Positions 16,433 through 26,400 of a DNA stretch of 64,000 nt are shown here, in pieces. Source of the stretch: a virus; the IMG/VR virus record IMGVR_UViG_3300037245_002806, positions 35,906 through 99,905 of that record, one strand, 5' to 3'. The notes beneath the pieces are model-generated. The model had not been told where the DNA came from. It saw only the letters and a program-made list of their open reading frames with translations, and did not search any database. Both the position numbers and the translations under genes were made by a program. Position 1 is the stretch's first letter. Each line of letters starts with the position of its first letter.

Positions 16433-16843
16433 TTAGACGGCTTGGTTGATTTGGAATACTATACCACTCGCCCACGCGATGATGATATCGCCCCCGTTCG
16501 GCGTAACCGGCATCCCCGCGGAAAAGCTGTCGATGTAGCAGATCAAAGGATCTGTGGATGGCGCCCCACCGGTATCGACCAAAACCGCCAACGCTTCCGA
16601 TTCATCCCCGGAAACGGCGGAAAACGTCGTATTTGGTGCATCCACCTCGCCACCCACCGCACTTGTGACCCCGATGACCGCTTCCGACTGCTCGCCCGAA
16701 AGCTCGTCCTCGAATTCGTGTGCGGCGGAATAAGTGTAAACCCCCGTGTCGAGCAATTGGGTTTTTACGACAACGGCGGTAAGATCCCCGAGCAACCCCG
16801 TCAAAAACTTTTCCAGCGCCTTTGTGTAGAATTGGTTTGCCAT
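16433..16843 (-). CDS. putative virion structural protein
   Basis: MAN.FY...L..FL...DL....VK..LLD...YT...HEF ... PVTPNGGDI.IAW, a pattern I recognise from phage proteins encoded near fibre genes. Confidence 0.65.
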   Translation of the reverse strand: MANQFYTKALEKFLTGLLGDLTAVVVKTQLLDTGVYTYSAAHEFEDELSGEQSEAVIGVTSAVGGEVDAPNTTFSAVSGDESEALAVLVDTGGAPSTDPLICYIDSFSAGMPVTPNGGDIIIAWASGIVFQINQAV

Positions 16844-16871
16844 TTGATTTTTTTCCTTTCCTTCCCTGTTT

Positions 16872-17279
16872 TTATTCCCCGCCGAGCATCCGATCTAGCG
16901 CCCGGAGAATTTCTATCTCTTCGTCGGTAAAGCCCGCTTTGCGTTTCGCCTCGACCCGTTCCATAAAGTCGGCGTAATCGAAATCGCCGGCCACATCGGG
17001 ATCCAAGAGAAGCTCGACCCCGAGGTGCAATTTCTTCACAGGGATCTTGTCTAGTCCCAAGTCTTTAAGCAACGGAAGCGCCAAAAGGATGGCTTTCTTC
17101 GCCTTCGCCTTCCCGCCCCGAGCCTCGACCACCGCAATGGTCCCCCTGAGGATATCGATCACCTGGGATGGGAGCCCGATAATCGGGATAAACTTGGTAA
17201 CGGTGTTCGCTATCTTGGCGCCCGTCCAGACGTGTTTGAGCCAGGATTTTTTCGGTTTTATCTTGCTCCAAAATGACAT
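16872..17279 (-). CDS. hypothetical protein with cationic amphipathic N-terminus
   Basis: MSFWSKIKPKKSWLKHVWTGAKIA...; GAGGG SD. Confidence 0.7.
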   Translation of the reverse strand: MSFWSKIKPKKSWLKHVWTGAKIANTVTKFIPIIGLPSQVIDILRGTIAVVEARGGKAKAKKAILLALPLLKDLGLDKIPVKKLHLGVELLLDPDVAGDFDYADFMERVEAKRKAGFTDEEIEILRALDRMLGGE

Positions 17280-17291
17280 TTTCTTCCCTCT

Positions 17292-19598
17292 TTAGATTTG
17301 CGTAAGGTGCAAAATACACCCGTACTTCCATTGGGGTTTCGGTAGCTTCCACGATACCTCGCCCGGCCCCACCGTGCCGCTCGAAATAAGCGCCCCATCT
17401 ACTTCGTAGGCGTCGATCCGGTAGCTTTTCGCCCCCAGAGCAAAACCTATGTTGCCCTCGGGCTTGAGCACGGTAACGATGATCTCTTTATCGTCCTGGC
17501 CGGCCAGGCAAAACGCCTTAAAAGAGCCCCCGCCGGTACCCGAAAGAGACCGAACCGGGCTACCCTTCCACCCGGAGTTAAACGGCGTGCACCCGGCAAA
17601 AGGAAACGTTTTGGTGATCTTCTGGTAGAAAGCGGCCACCTTGTAGATCGGCTCCGTCTGCGGGAAATCGGGATCTGGCCGGTTTGGTCGCTTTTTGTTG
17701 TACCCCAGGAAAAAGCCCCCTTGGTTGTGGATCGTGGTTCCCACGCCGGCGCAAAGTGCCACAAAGATCGACATTCCATACATTTGCCAATCTCGGGAGG
17801 AGCCCCCGTAAGGCCATTCTTTGTGTTGCTTCTCGGTTTGCAGGAAGATAGGCTCATCGTTTCGCCCGAACCCCTGGCCTCGATTCCCGCCGGCCACGAA
17901 TGCAAACGCCTGGTCGTTTAGGTGCCAGCATGTGCGCACCCAAGGCGGAAAGCCCTCGACCGCGGGGTTTTTGTCCCGGTTGACATGCACGTTCCAGTAA
18001 TCGAGCACCTCTTCTCCGTGGTACGCGAAGTTGTACCCACCTTCCTTGCCTTGGTGGTCGATATTCTCTCCCGAGACCGACAAAAGCACATCGGGAAGGA
18101 TTTCTTTTATAAAGCGGCCCCACTTGTCGATAAACTTGGCACGGTTCTTGCGACCGATAAGCGCAAGGTGCGATCCGTGGTTGATCTCGTTAAAAAGCTC
18201 GACGTTTACCGCCGGGTGGTCCTTTAGCCGCTGGCAAACTGCCCGAAGAAAGTCTTCGATAGCATCGTTATGGAAGGTTGTATCGCTGCCCGCTTCCTTG
18301 TCGATAAACATCTCTTGGAAAGCGCCCCAGAATACCGTTAGCTGTGGCCGAATTCCCCTGCTCACGGCGTAGGCCAACCGAACCTCCATTTCATCTAGGA
18401 ACTTGGGATCCACCTTTCGGCTGTACCCCCAATAATCTGGAGCCCCGCCCTTTTTAAAAGGGATCACCGCTGGCGCCGTCTGGGTTTCCGGCCCCAGTTT
18501 TCCCCATCCAAGGGTGGAGATGTTAAACCGAGCATCGTTTACCAACCCCGCCAGGTTGTCGATCACCGTCTCGTAATAGTCCCTCGGCATCCCGCCGAGC
18601 GCATGGAAAAGCGAATTCCCCAACGGGATCGAATTCCGCACCGGCTTTTCTGGCTCGTGGAACCACCGATGTTTGGCTTCGACCCGCCGTACCGCCGCAA
18701 CCGGGCTCACCGGCCCCGCTTCGTCTACCACGGCGATTTCTGGCCCCATGAGCCTGGCGACTAACTTCCACTCGTCCTTGTAAGTGTCTTCGAGATCTCG
18801 CCACCCGTACCGGTGCCCGGTGTTATTGGGATCCGGCCCGTCGTTTAACTGGTAGTAAGAAACCCCCTCGATTAACTCGGTCTCGTACCAGAAACGAAGG
18901 TCGTTGATCATTTGCCTGGCGATTTCGTCTTCCGATAGCTCGCGCCGGTCCTGTCGCCAACAATATGGCCATGGCTGGCTGCGGTAATAAACCTCGCTCT
19001 GCCCGGTCTCTGTCATCCAAAGCTCGCGCCCCGCGCCGGCCACGTTTTTTACCGCCTCCACCTCTGCAACCCTGGAAAGATACCCCGATCGGGGTTTGGA
19101 AAGATCCGGCGTGGTATACCGATGGAAAGCAAAACCCACCGCCGCGGGGATCTTGCCGAGCATCTTGGCTGCATACTCCAACTCCGCCGGCCCGATATTC
19201 GAAATGGACGGAGAAAGCACCTTGATCCCCGTTGGCTCAATCCGCCCCCAGATCTCGGCCACCAACTCGCCAAGGTCTTCCGGTCGGTCGCGCCACTCGC
19301 CCCCCAGGTTGACCTCGTTTCCCATTTCCAAAATAACGTGTTTCTCGATGCCGTACTCTACCGCCCATGCGGCCAACTGCGCCGCTCTGTCGGAAACCTC
19401 TTGCGCTGTGGCCCCTTTTACGACGTAGATATGCCGAGATTTAGGCCGCCTGGCCACCCACCTCGCCAACTCTTTCATGGTGGATTTGTGATCGGCCATT
19501 GTCCCATGCCCAACCCGGCACCCACGAAGATTTAAAGCCGCAAACCGGTCCAGCAAAAGCCCGAAGCTCGTTGCGCCGGCGTCTAGATATACCTGCAT
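17292..19598 (-). CDS. tandem clan GH-A glycoside hydrolase-like protein
   Basis: Domain 1: LEMGNEVN, FAFHRY, LWMTETG; domain 2: VELFNEIN, WNVH, RNDEP; C-terminal beta-sandwich. Confidence 0.7.
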   Translation of the reverse strand: MQVYLDAGATSFGLLLDRFAALNLRGCRVGHGTMADHKSTMKELARWVARRPKSRHIYVVKGATAQEVSDRAAQLAAWAVEYGIEKHVILEMGNEVNLGGEWRDRPEDLGELVAEIWGRIEPTGIKVLSPSISNIGPAELEYAAKMLGKIPAAVGFAFHRYTTPDLSKPRSGYLSRVAEVEAVKNVAGAGRELWMTETGQSEVYYRSQPWPYCWRQDRRELSEDEIARQMINDLRFWYETELIEGVSYYQLNDGPDPNNTGHRYGWRDLEDTYKDEWKLVARLMGPEIAVVDEAGPVSPVAAVRRVEAKHRWFHEPEKPVRNSIPLGNSLFHALGGMPRDYYETVIDNLAGLVNDARFNISTLGWGKLGPETQTAPAVIPFKKGGAPDYWGYSRKVDPKFLDEMEVRLAYAVSRGIRPQLTVFWGAFQEMFIDKEAGSDTTFHNDAIEDFLRAVCQRLKDHPAVNVELFNEINHGSHLALIGRKNRAKFIDKWGRFIKEILPDVLLSVSGENIDHQGKEGGYNFAYHGEEVLDYWNVHVNRDKNPAVEGFPPWVRTCWHLNDQAFAFVAGGNRGQGFGRNDEPIFLQTEKQHKEWPYGGSSRDWQMYGMSIFVALCAGVGTTIHNQGGFFLGYNKKRPNRPDPDFPQTEPIYKVAAFYQKITKTFPFAGCTPFNSGWKGSPVRSLSGTGGGSFKAFCLAGQDDKEIIVTVLKPEGNIGFALGAKSYRIDAYEVDGALISSGTVGPGEVSWKLPKPQWKYGCILHLTQI

Positions 19599-19607
19599 GG
19601 ACCCCTC

Positions 19608-19973
19608 CTAAACTGGTTTTTCGACCACTTGGGCCGTAAGTCTTCCCGTAACCCCACCGCCGCCGGCGCCAAGGGTGATCACCATGGCGGTGTTTTCGAG
19701 CCCGTAGAGATTCCACCCCATGATCGGAATCGTGCCCGCCACGACCACGGTAACCTCAACATCCACTTCGCCCACGGTATCGGCCCCCTCGATCACAACC
19801 GTTCCCGCCGCCGCCGGCGTGACGTCGTAGTCCGCCAAAAGGTTGGTAAGCATGTGCCGGAATCCTGGTTTTGCCGGGAATGTGATCGCCACCGCGGCGT
19901 TAGCCGCGCTTCCAACCGCGCTCTGCTGCACCGGGTACCTGTTCTCGTCTTTTGTTAAAGGTGTTGGCGCCAT
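19608..19973 (-). CDS. small beta-rich virion-like protein (121 aa)
   Basis: GAGGAGG SD before MAPTPL; Ala/Val/Gly/Thr rich. Confidence 0.65.
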   Translation of the reverse strand: MAPTPLTKDENRYPVQQSAVGSAANAAVAITFPAKPGFRHMLTNLLADYDVTPAAAGTVVIEGADTVGEVDVEVTVVVAGTIPIMGWNLYGLENTAMVITLGAGGGGVTGRLTAQVVEKPV

Positions 19974-19978
19974 GGTTT

Positions 19979-20485
19979 TTAAACCTCCTCGTAGGCTCGT
20001 TTGAGCCAACCGTTTAGGAAAACTTGCTTCTCTGGCTCCACCGCTGCCAAAAGCCGGTAAAAGCCTGCTTGCTCGCTCCGAATCGAGGTGATCAACGGCA
20101 CCTCGCTTGCCTTTTCTGCCGCATGGAACGATATCGGCCCCAAGGCGCCGTCGTCATCTACCCAATGGCAACCGTTCGCCCGCAATGCCCGTTGGAAGAT
20201 TCGATGTGCTTGCCCCGGCCCCGTGTTTACGGCCATGTCGAAAACTTTGGTCGCAAGGCTTTGGGGCTCAAGCTGCCCGTACCCGTACCGTTCCCAAAAA
20301 TGTACTTTGTAAAGCTCCACCGCGTCGGTCCTGGTAATCTCTCGCGGGTGTCTGCTGTCCCCTATCCGGTGGAGAAACCGTGCCGAAATCCCGTAATTAG
20401 TCGCCCCGCCAGGATCTTTCGGGTGATCGATGTATCCGCCCTCGTTCTTTAAAACCGTCTTGATCGCTTCGTCGAATTCGCTCAT
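19979..20485 (-). CDS. endolysin, GH108 N-acetylmuramidase with PG-binding domain
   Basis: EGGY..HP.DPGGATNYGI, VFDMAVN.G, DG..GP, C-terminal FLNGWLKR. Confidence 0.92.
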   Translation of the reverse strand: MSEFDEAIKTVLKNEGGYIDHPKDPGGATNYGISARFLHRIGDSRHPREITRTDAVELYKVHFWERYGYGQLEPQSLATKVFDMAVNTGPGQAHRIFQRALRANGCHWVDDDGALGPISFHAAEKASEVPLITSIRSEQAGFYRLLAAVEPEKQVFLNGWLKRAYEEV

Positions 20486-20578
20486 TTTTCTTTTTCTCCG
20501 AGAGCGCCGGCGGGCGCGCGCTATCACGCCAATTAGATAGGACGTTAAAGCCCCGCCGGCGCCTCTGCCCGAGCAGGT

Positions 20579-20884
20579 TTACTCGGGACGGCCCTTCGCC
20601 TTTGCTTTAAGTACCTGCGAAGCTCGAAGCATCCCGAAAGCCACCGCCGCGATTCGGTCTGCGATGGCGTCGTCATCCGAAGGATCCCCCGGATTGCCTC
20701 GAACAATAAAACTGACCGTCTTTGCCGATTCCAAAGCAATCTCTGGGATCGCGCGAATGTCGCCCAAGTCGGCCCCGTCGCTGAGCCTTTCCTGGGCAAG
20801 CTGGATCGCCCGGTACATGGGCTCGACCCCGAGGTGCTCGTCTGGCGATAAATCGACATTGCTTGGATCATAGTCAGGTAACAT
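20579..20884 (-). CDS. hypothetical protein (101 aa, MLPDYDP...)
   Basis: GGGAGG SD; lies in lysis cassette. Confidence 0.65.
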   Translation of the reverse strand: MLPDYDPSNVDLSPDEHLGVEPMYRAIQLAQERLSDGADLGDIRAIPEIALESAKTVSFIVRGNPGDPSDDDAIADRIAAVAFGMLRASQVLKAKAKGRPE

Positions 20885-21113
20885 TTTTTCCTCCCGGTTT
20901 AAGTAAACGTGCGACAAGTAACCCAAGGATCGCCCCCAGGAAACCCGCCGCCCCTTGTGGGATCTCTATCCCAAAAAGCGTAAATATCCACACCACGAAA
21001 GCCGTGCTGCCGCCGACGGTCCCGACCAACGCCAGGTCACCACCGTTTAGACGGTAAGCGCCTTTGTACCTCTTGGGCAAAACCTCCACCGCGCGCTTTA
21101 GCATTTCCGCCAT
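20874..21113 (-). CDS. putative holin (2 TM segments)
   Basis: Two hydrophobic stretches, basic C-terminus, upstream of endolysin. Confidence 0.65.
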   Translation of the reverse strand: MAEMLKRAVEVLPKRYKGAYRLNGGDLALVGTVGGSTAFVVWIFTLFGIEIPQGAAGFLGAILGLLVARLLKPGGKNVT

Positions 21114-21114
21114 T

Positions 21115-21130
21115 CTATATCACCACCCGC
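21115..21130 (-). promoter_or_regulatory. putative late-promoter motif
   Basis: GCGGGTGGTGATATAG fills the intergenic gap; ATG follows after 1 nt. Confidence 0.7.
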
Positions 21131-21460
21131 CTATTGCCTGGCTTTTATGGTTGTGGTGTCCGTTTTTACCCCGTCCACTGCCGTTTTTAGATCGGAAACC
21201 CGATCATTTAGGGCCGAAAACTGCACTGGAAGGTTTTGCAGTGGTTCCAGAGATGAATTGATCGTCTTTAGCCACTCCACCATTGCTTTGGTGCTCCCGT
21301 TGTTTAGCGGGCAAACGGTAGGCGCTATCGGATTCCCTGTGGATTTCCTGTAAGCATCCCGAACGGCCCCGACGGCGATTTCCGCTAGTTTAACGGCCCC
21401 AACCGCTATTGCGAGCACCACGCCTAATTGTAGCTGGTCCACTTGTTGTAGCTCCGGCAT
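21131..21460 (-). CDS. membrane protein, 1 TM plus coiled coil (holin/antiholin-like)
   Basis: LGVVLAIAVGAVKLAEIAVGAV then heptad-like C-terminus. Confidence 0.6.
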   Translation of the reverse strand: MPELQQVDQLQLGVVLAIAVGAVKLAEIAVGAVRDAYRKSTGNPIAPTVCPLNNGSTKAMVEWLKTINSSLEPLQNLPVQFSALNDRVSDLKTAVDGVKTDTTTIKARQ

Positions 21461-21483
21461 TTGATGATCACCTTTCGCCCCCC

Positions 21484-23439
21484 CTAACTTGTAACGATCC
21501 CGTGTGGGCTTTCTACTATGTCAAGATTGGTCGTCTGTATATCTGCCGTTCGTTTCTTTAGGCTCGTTTCTGGTTTCGTAACCTTGGCATGTAAAACCAC
21601 ATTCCCTTGGTCGTCGGGAACAAAGATAACCCCCCGGCCCCCGAATTCCGAACGGTACCAAAACTCCTCGCTCCAACGTTGTTGCTGTTCGTCGGTTTGT
21701 CGGAATCTGAGCCGGTACCCTCTGCGCCGCAATTTCTCTTTCTTTACGTTCCATCTTTCTGCCACGAAGGCCGTTTCCAACTGCTGTTGGCTGAACGCCT
21801 CGATTATTTCCACCTCTTGCTGTATTGGGTTTCGGAGAAGCGCCAGGGGATCCCCTACCGCCCATTGCCCCACCGAAACCGACTCAACCGGGTTGGTCCC
21901 TTGGAACCGAATCCGATAAAACCGCTGGTATTCCCCTGCAAAGGAAATAAAACTAGCTTGGCTCTCGGCTGGAAACTCGTCCCCCGCGATCCCGGTGGTC
22001 GGTGTGCCGTTGACCGTAAAGGTGATCCCGCCGCTGGCCGCAACCGCGTAGGCTGCCGGCGTCGAGCCAAAAAGATAAAGGGTTGCATCCGACCCGGCCA
22101 CCAACTCGCCTCGATCCCCTAGCTGCACCCAATTGCCAGATCCGTTGATAAAAAGTCGCCGGTTGGCCGTTGTCGAGATATTGATCTGGATCCCTTGGTA
22201 AAGCCAAAGGTGCCCGTGCTCCCCTTCCCACCCGTTCGCCGGTCCGCCGGTATCGCCAACCGTCCACCCCGATCGCGTAAAGTCGATGAGGCCGTTTACG
22301 ATACTCCCGCTCATGCTCTCCAAGCTGTCGTCGATATAAACCTGCAACGTCGCTGTGGAAACGTCCGCCGATATGATCGCGTTGTGCCAAACATCGTCGG
22401 CCAAAAAGGTCGTGGTGGAGGTGTGATCGAGCAACGTAGTTGAGGCTGCGTTTTGCGCGAAAATGTGTAACTGGTTCGAAGCGTTTATCTCGATAAGGAA
22501 AAAGCCGCCCGAATTCCGGATAATGGTCCTCGCCTGGCCGGCCCGCCCGGTGCACTGGAACCACACCGAAAGAGTAAACTTTGCCGAATCCACCGACCCG
22601 TTTGGATCGCTGCCCACGCTGAGATAATCGCCGGAACTGGCAAAGCGTATGCTGTGATCCACCGGCGCCGTGGCCCCCAAGCTGTAATCCGACCGCGCGA
22701 GAATAACCCGCACCGCCGGCGCAACGTTGTGGCTGTGGAAGCTCGAAAGGGTTTGCCGTGGCAGGATAAACAAGTCATCCACCCAAAAGGTACGGTTGGC
22801 CACCGCGGAATCCATGTGGATCCTAACCTGCAAAGTGCTCGTGTCGGCTTGCCCGATAACGTAGCTCTCGACCGAAAACAAAAGCTCTGTTTTCCCCAAG
22901 GTCGTTATAACGCTTTCGACCGCGTTTACCTTTCGCCTTGTCCATGCCCCAAGCGCGTCGAGATAATCGCCCGTCCGCTTGTTGTAAACCTCGATGGTCA
23001 CCGGGCTGTCCGCGTTGCTGGTCTCGGAGTAAACCGACAATTTGAGCAACCGCCCGGTCTGCACGTCGATATCTTGTTGGACTTCGACATTGCCGTTGGC
23101 CCCGTTGGCCATTTCGGCGCTCGACCCCGATACCACCGGGGTGGAAACCTCTTGCGTGATCGCGCCGGTACCGGTAAGGGTGGTTGTAAAATTGCCCGGA
23201 AGCCCGCCGGACCACGAATCGAAAGAGCCCCCCAGGATAAGGTTGACATCCACTTGGATCCAGTCGTCCTCTTGGGAAGCCGGGAAGATAAACCGCTGGC
23301 TTGGCCTATCATCTGCAAGGCGAGAAAGGGGGAATATTGCATCCGGCGTTTGGCTGGCCGTTAGAGAGGAAACCTTGCTTTCTAGGACGTTGGACCCCTT
23401 GCCGGCCAAAACAAGGGCTTGGTGCACGTCTGTGCTCAT
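21484..23439 (-). CDS. tail protein, Dit-like with inserted carbohydrate-binding and LamG-like domains
   Basis: NLILGGSFDSW...FWVDD (CBM-like); FTLSVWF...WHN...QVYID (LamG-like); YQRFYRIRF...VGQW.VG C-terminal part. Confidence 0.65.
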   Translation of the reverse strand: MSTDVHQALVLAGKGSNVLESKVSSLTASQTPDAIFPLSRLADDRPSQRFIFPASQEDDWIQVDVNLILGGSFDSWSGGLPGNFTTTLTGTGAITQEVSTPVVSGSSAEMANGANGNVEVQQDIDVQTGRLLKLSVYSETSNADSPVTIEVYNKRTGDYLDALGAWTRRKVNAVESVITTLGKTELLFSVESYVIGQADTSTLQVRIHMDSAVANRTFWVDDLFILPRQTLSSFHSHNVAPAVRVILARSDYSLGATAPVDHSIRFASSGDYLSVGSDPNGSVDSAKFTLSVWFQCTGRAGQARTIIRNSGGFFLIEINASNQLHIFAQNAASTTLLDHTSTTTFLADDVWHNAIISADVSTATLQVYIDDSLESMSGSIVNGLIDFTRSGWTVGDTGGPANGWEGEHGHLWLYQGIQINISTTANRRLFINGSGNWVQLGDRGELVAGSDATLYLFGSTPAAYAVAASGGITFTVNGTPTTGIAGDEFPAESQASFISFAGEYQRFYRIRFQGTNPVESVSVGQWAVGDPLALLRNPIQQEVEIIEAFSQQQLETAFVAERWNVKKEKLRRRGYRLRFRQTDEQQQRWSEEFWYRSEFGGRGVIFVPDDQGNVVLHAKVTKPETSLKKRTADIQTTNLDIVESPHGIVTS

Positions 23440-26400
23440 GTGAAGAGCCTCCTAATTGCCGTCTGTGGTAAAGCAAACTGTTTGATCTCTAATTTCCGTA
23501 CCCATGCGTCTATCATCTCACCATCGGTACCGTCTTTGCTACCGAGATAAAGTAAGCTCTGGGTGGGAAGTGGGAATTTCTGCCCGACCACCGTGGTGGT
23601 ACCTTGCTCGCCGCCCACGAATATTGAGATAGAAAACGGGGTTTCGTCCAAGTCGCCCTCGGAACTAATCCACCTCGTAGCCACTTGCACCGGCTGCCCC
23701 GCCATTATGTGCGGCCAATATTTTTCGCAAGAAAACGTTGTGCCCGCTACCCGGCGCTCGTAAACGAACTTCTCATTGTCGCAATCGTAGTAGCAAACAT
23801 CCCAATTAAAGGAATCCACCACCACCCCGTAAACGTACCGCCTCGACCCCGCCCGGCGTGGTAGCTGCGCGGTGTTCCATATCGTTTCCAACTCCACCCC
23901 GAAGGTGCCCCGGCCCTCGGCTGGATATGTTGGCCGGTCCCGGTTGTTTTCGAGAAAGAAGGCGAGCCCATCCCGAACCACCGGCCCCGTCCGGGTAAGG
24001 ATAAAATTGCTCATGTACCGTTGGTCGCGCCCATCGGCGATCCGGCCCCCTTCCACTTGTACCCCATAGATCCGGTTTTGGTGGCCGACGGTGGTTTGCA
24101 CCCCTAGATTTAGGTTTAGGGTCTGGTCGTCCTGCACCGGGCTTGAAGCGGAATCCTCGGCGTTTTGGAGCGTAAATTTAAATTGGTCCTTGGTAACCTC
24201 GCTCCGCACCGGTAAAGGATGCCATTGCGTATCGCCCGCGTTGGTGCAATTGCCCCAGACGTCCCACCCGTAGGCGCCGAAAGCCGGTGGATCGAACCAA
24301 AGATTTATATAAAGCGGTGTCCCGCTCGGATCTTTGTGGATCACCGATACCGCATAGTCGCTCCCCTGCGGCGAAAAAGGTGCATCCCCCTTCTCAAAGG
24401 CCATCGTGGTGTTTATAAAAGTACGGTTGGCCGGTACCGTTGGCGTGGTGAGCACCACCGTTCGCGGCCTCGTCCCCTGTAGATCTTCCTCCCATATATC
24501 ATCGTCGAGATCTTCCGCAATCGCCCCGCCGGCGCCGATGTTTTGTGCCCACCCGGTAAAAACGTCTGTGGCCCCCTCGGAAAACGCCGAATTGACCACC
24601 CGGTTGGTCGTTCCGTTTATTACCAGGATCCCCTTGATCCCCGTCGGTGGCTCCCCGCCGTTTAGCTCTTGGAACTGCCCCGCAAAATCGTCCCGTAGAT
24701 AGTCGTTTGTGGTGCGGACGAAGTTGAGGGAAACCCCCGGCGTAAGCACGGCCATCCCCGTTGCGCTGGCCCCCTTGGCTCGGGTGGAGCCCGTGATCCA
24801 AAGGGTTGTAAGAAACTCCCGCACATCTAAGAAGGTCGTTTCCACCTGGTCGGTCATCATGTTTACTTTTTTGCGGAAAAGCCGCATGAGAGACCGATCC
24901 CACCGTTCGAACCCCAAGGTTGCCGATAATCTTGGGATCGCGTTGTGGATGCAACCCACATCGTCGAGCATCCGAACGTCGCCGAAAGCCGGTGGCAGGC
25001 TGAGCTTTAAAAACGGCTGTGGCTTCCGGAGTAACCGGAGCTTTCGAGAAACGATATCCCGCGCCGCGTCGATTTTCTCGGGGATTAAGTCTAGATCGAT
25101 TTCGAGAACTAGATTCGAGATCTGCTTGTAATAAAACTTGTTTTCCCCCATCGCCTCCCAGATCACCACCAAAACGTTAACCTCTGCCCGCGTCCACGCG
25201 AGACCGGTAAACGGGCTCAAAGATCTAGCAAAAGGCTTGTCCTCGAAAAGCTCGTTTAACTGCACCGATTCGGAAACGTCGGTACCGCCGTCGGTGCCAA
25301 GTCGCCAGGTAACCCGCCACCCCGCCGAAGAAAATTGCTCGGCCCTTGCCCGGCAGATCGCCGTCACGCTCGTTATTTGGGAAACCTCGGGAATGCCTGC
25401 AAAATCCACGCCAAACTTCTTGTTTCCGCTGTGCTGACTCTCCATATATTTCGAGTCGTCTGGCGAGTCGGTTGGATCGTCGATTGTAAGATGGTAATAC
25501 AATTCCCCACCGTTGGGCTTGCGTCGATACTCGCACTTGGCGAAAAGCTGAGAGATGCGGGTTTGCCCAATATTGTTTTCGTTGTCGATTCCAACCGTTG
25601 CCGCGTTTACATTCGCAACGGTGATCTCGGCTGCCGACGAATTGATAGTGCGAAAAAGCGCGAGATCTGTAAAATTGCCAAAGCCGATGTCGAGCCCCGG
25701 ATAATCGCCGTTGGTGCCGCACCCGGCAGGATCGTCGCCCGGCCCCACGTGGGTTCGAGCGGTAGAAAGTATGCCCGTTAGCCGAATTATGGTGCGAAAC
25801 CCGCCATCGTTGCTTTGCGCGGGCGGCCCATCCATTAGGCTCAAATAATCGGCGGAATTCGCCCTCGGTGGCGTGCCGATGCCGCAAGGCGTGTCCCCGG
25901 CTTGCGCCCCCAAAGGATCCCCTTGGTTTAGCATGGTGTGCCGCCCATGCCCCGCAAAAGAGATCACGCTGATAGCTTCCGCCGGCAGGTTGTCCACATG
26001 CGCCTCTGTCCGGTCGGTGCTCTGGTTCATTAGCAAACATTGCGTGTTATCGTCGCTCGGCGTCGAAAACGTGTCCTTTGTTACCACCTCGTGCGCCCGA
26101 TCTTGGTTCGCTATCACCGCCCCATCTATACTCGGGTGGAAGAAACCTTGCTGGAAAGCAACGAAAAGCCGAATAAAGCCCCACCGCTTATCCTTTGCTG
26201 GCGTCTCCCCCAGGAAGTTAACCCCTAGCTCTAAGGTTTCCAGATCCGCCAGAGTAAAAGGGTTCCCTGTTTTCGGGTTGATCGAAAGGGTAACCGGAGT
26301 GAGCGTGCCGTAATTCGTCGCGTTGCTGTGCCCGATAACCCAATCCGAATCGCCAGATCCGAACCGCATCAGTAAATCTAAACCCGCGGTGGTACCCGCT

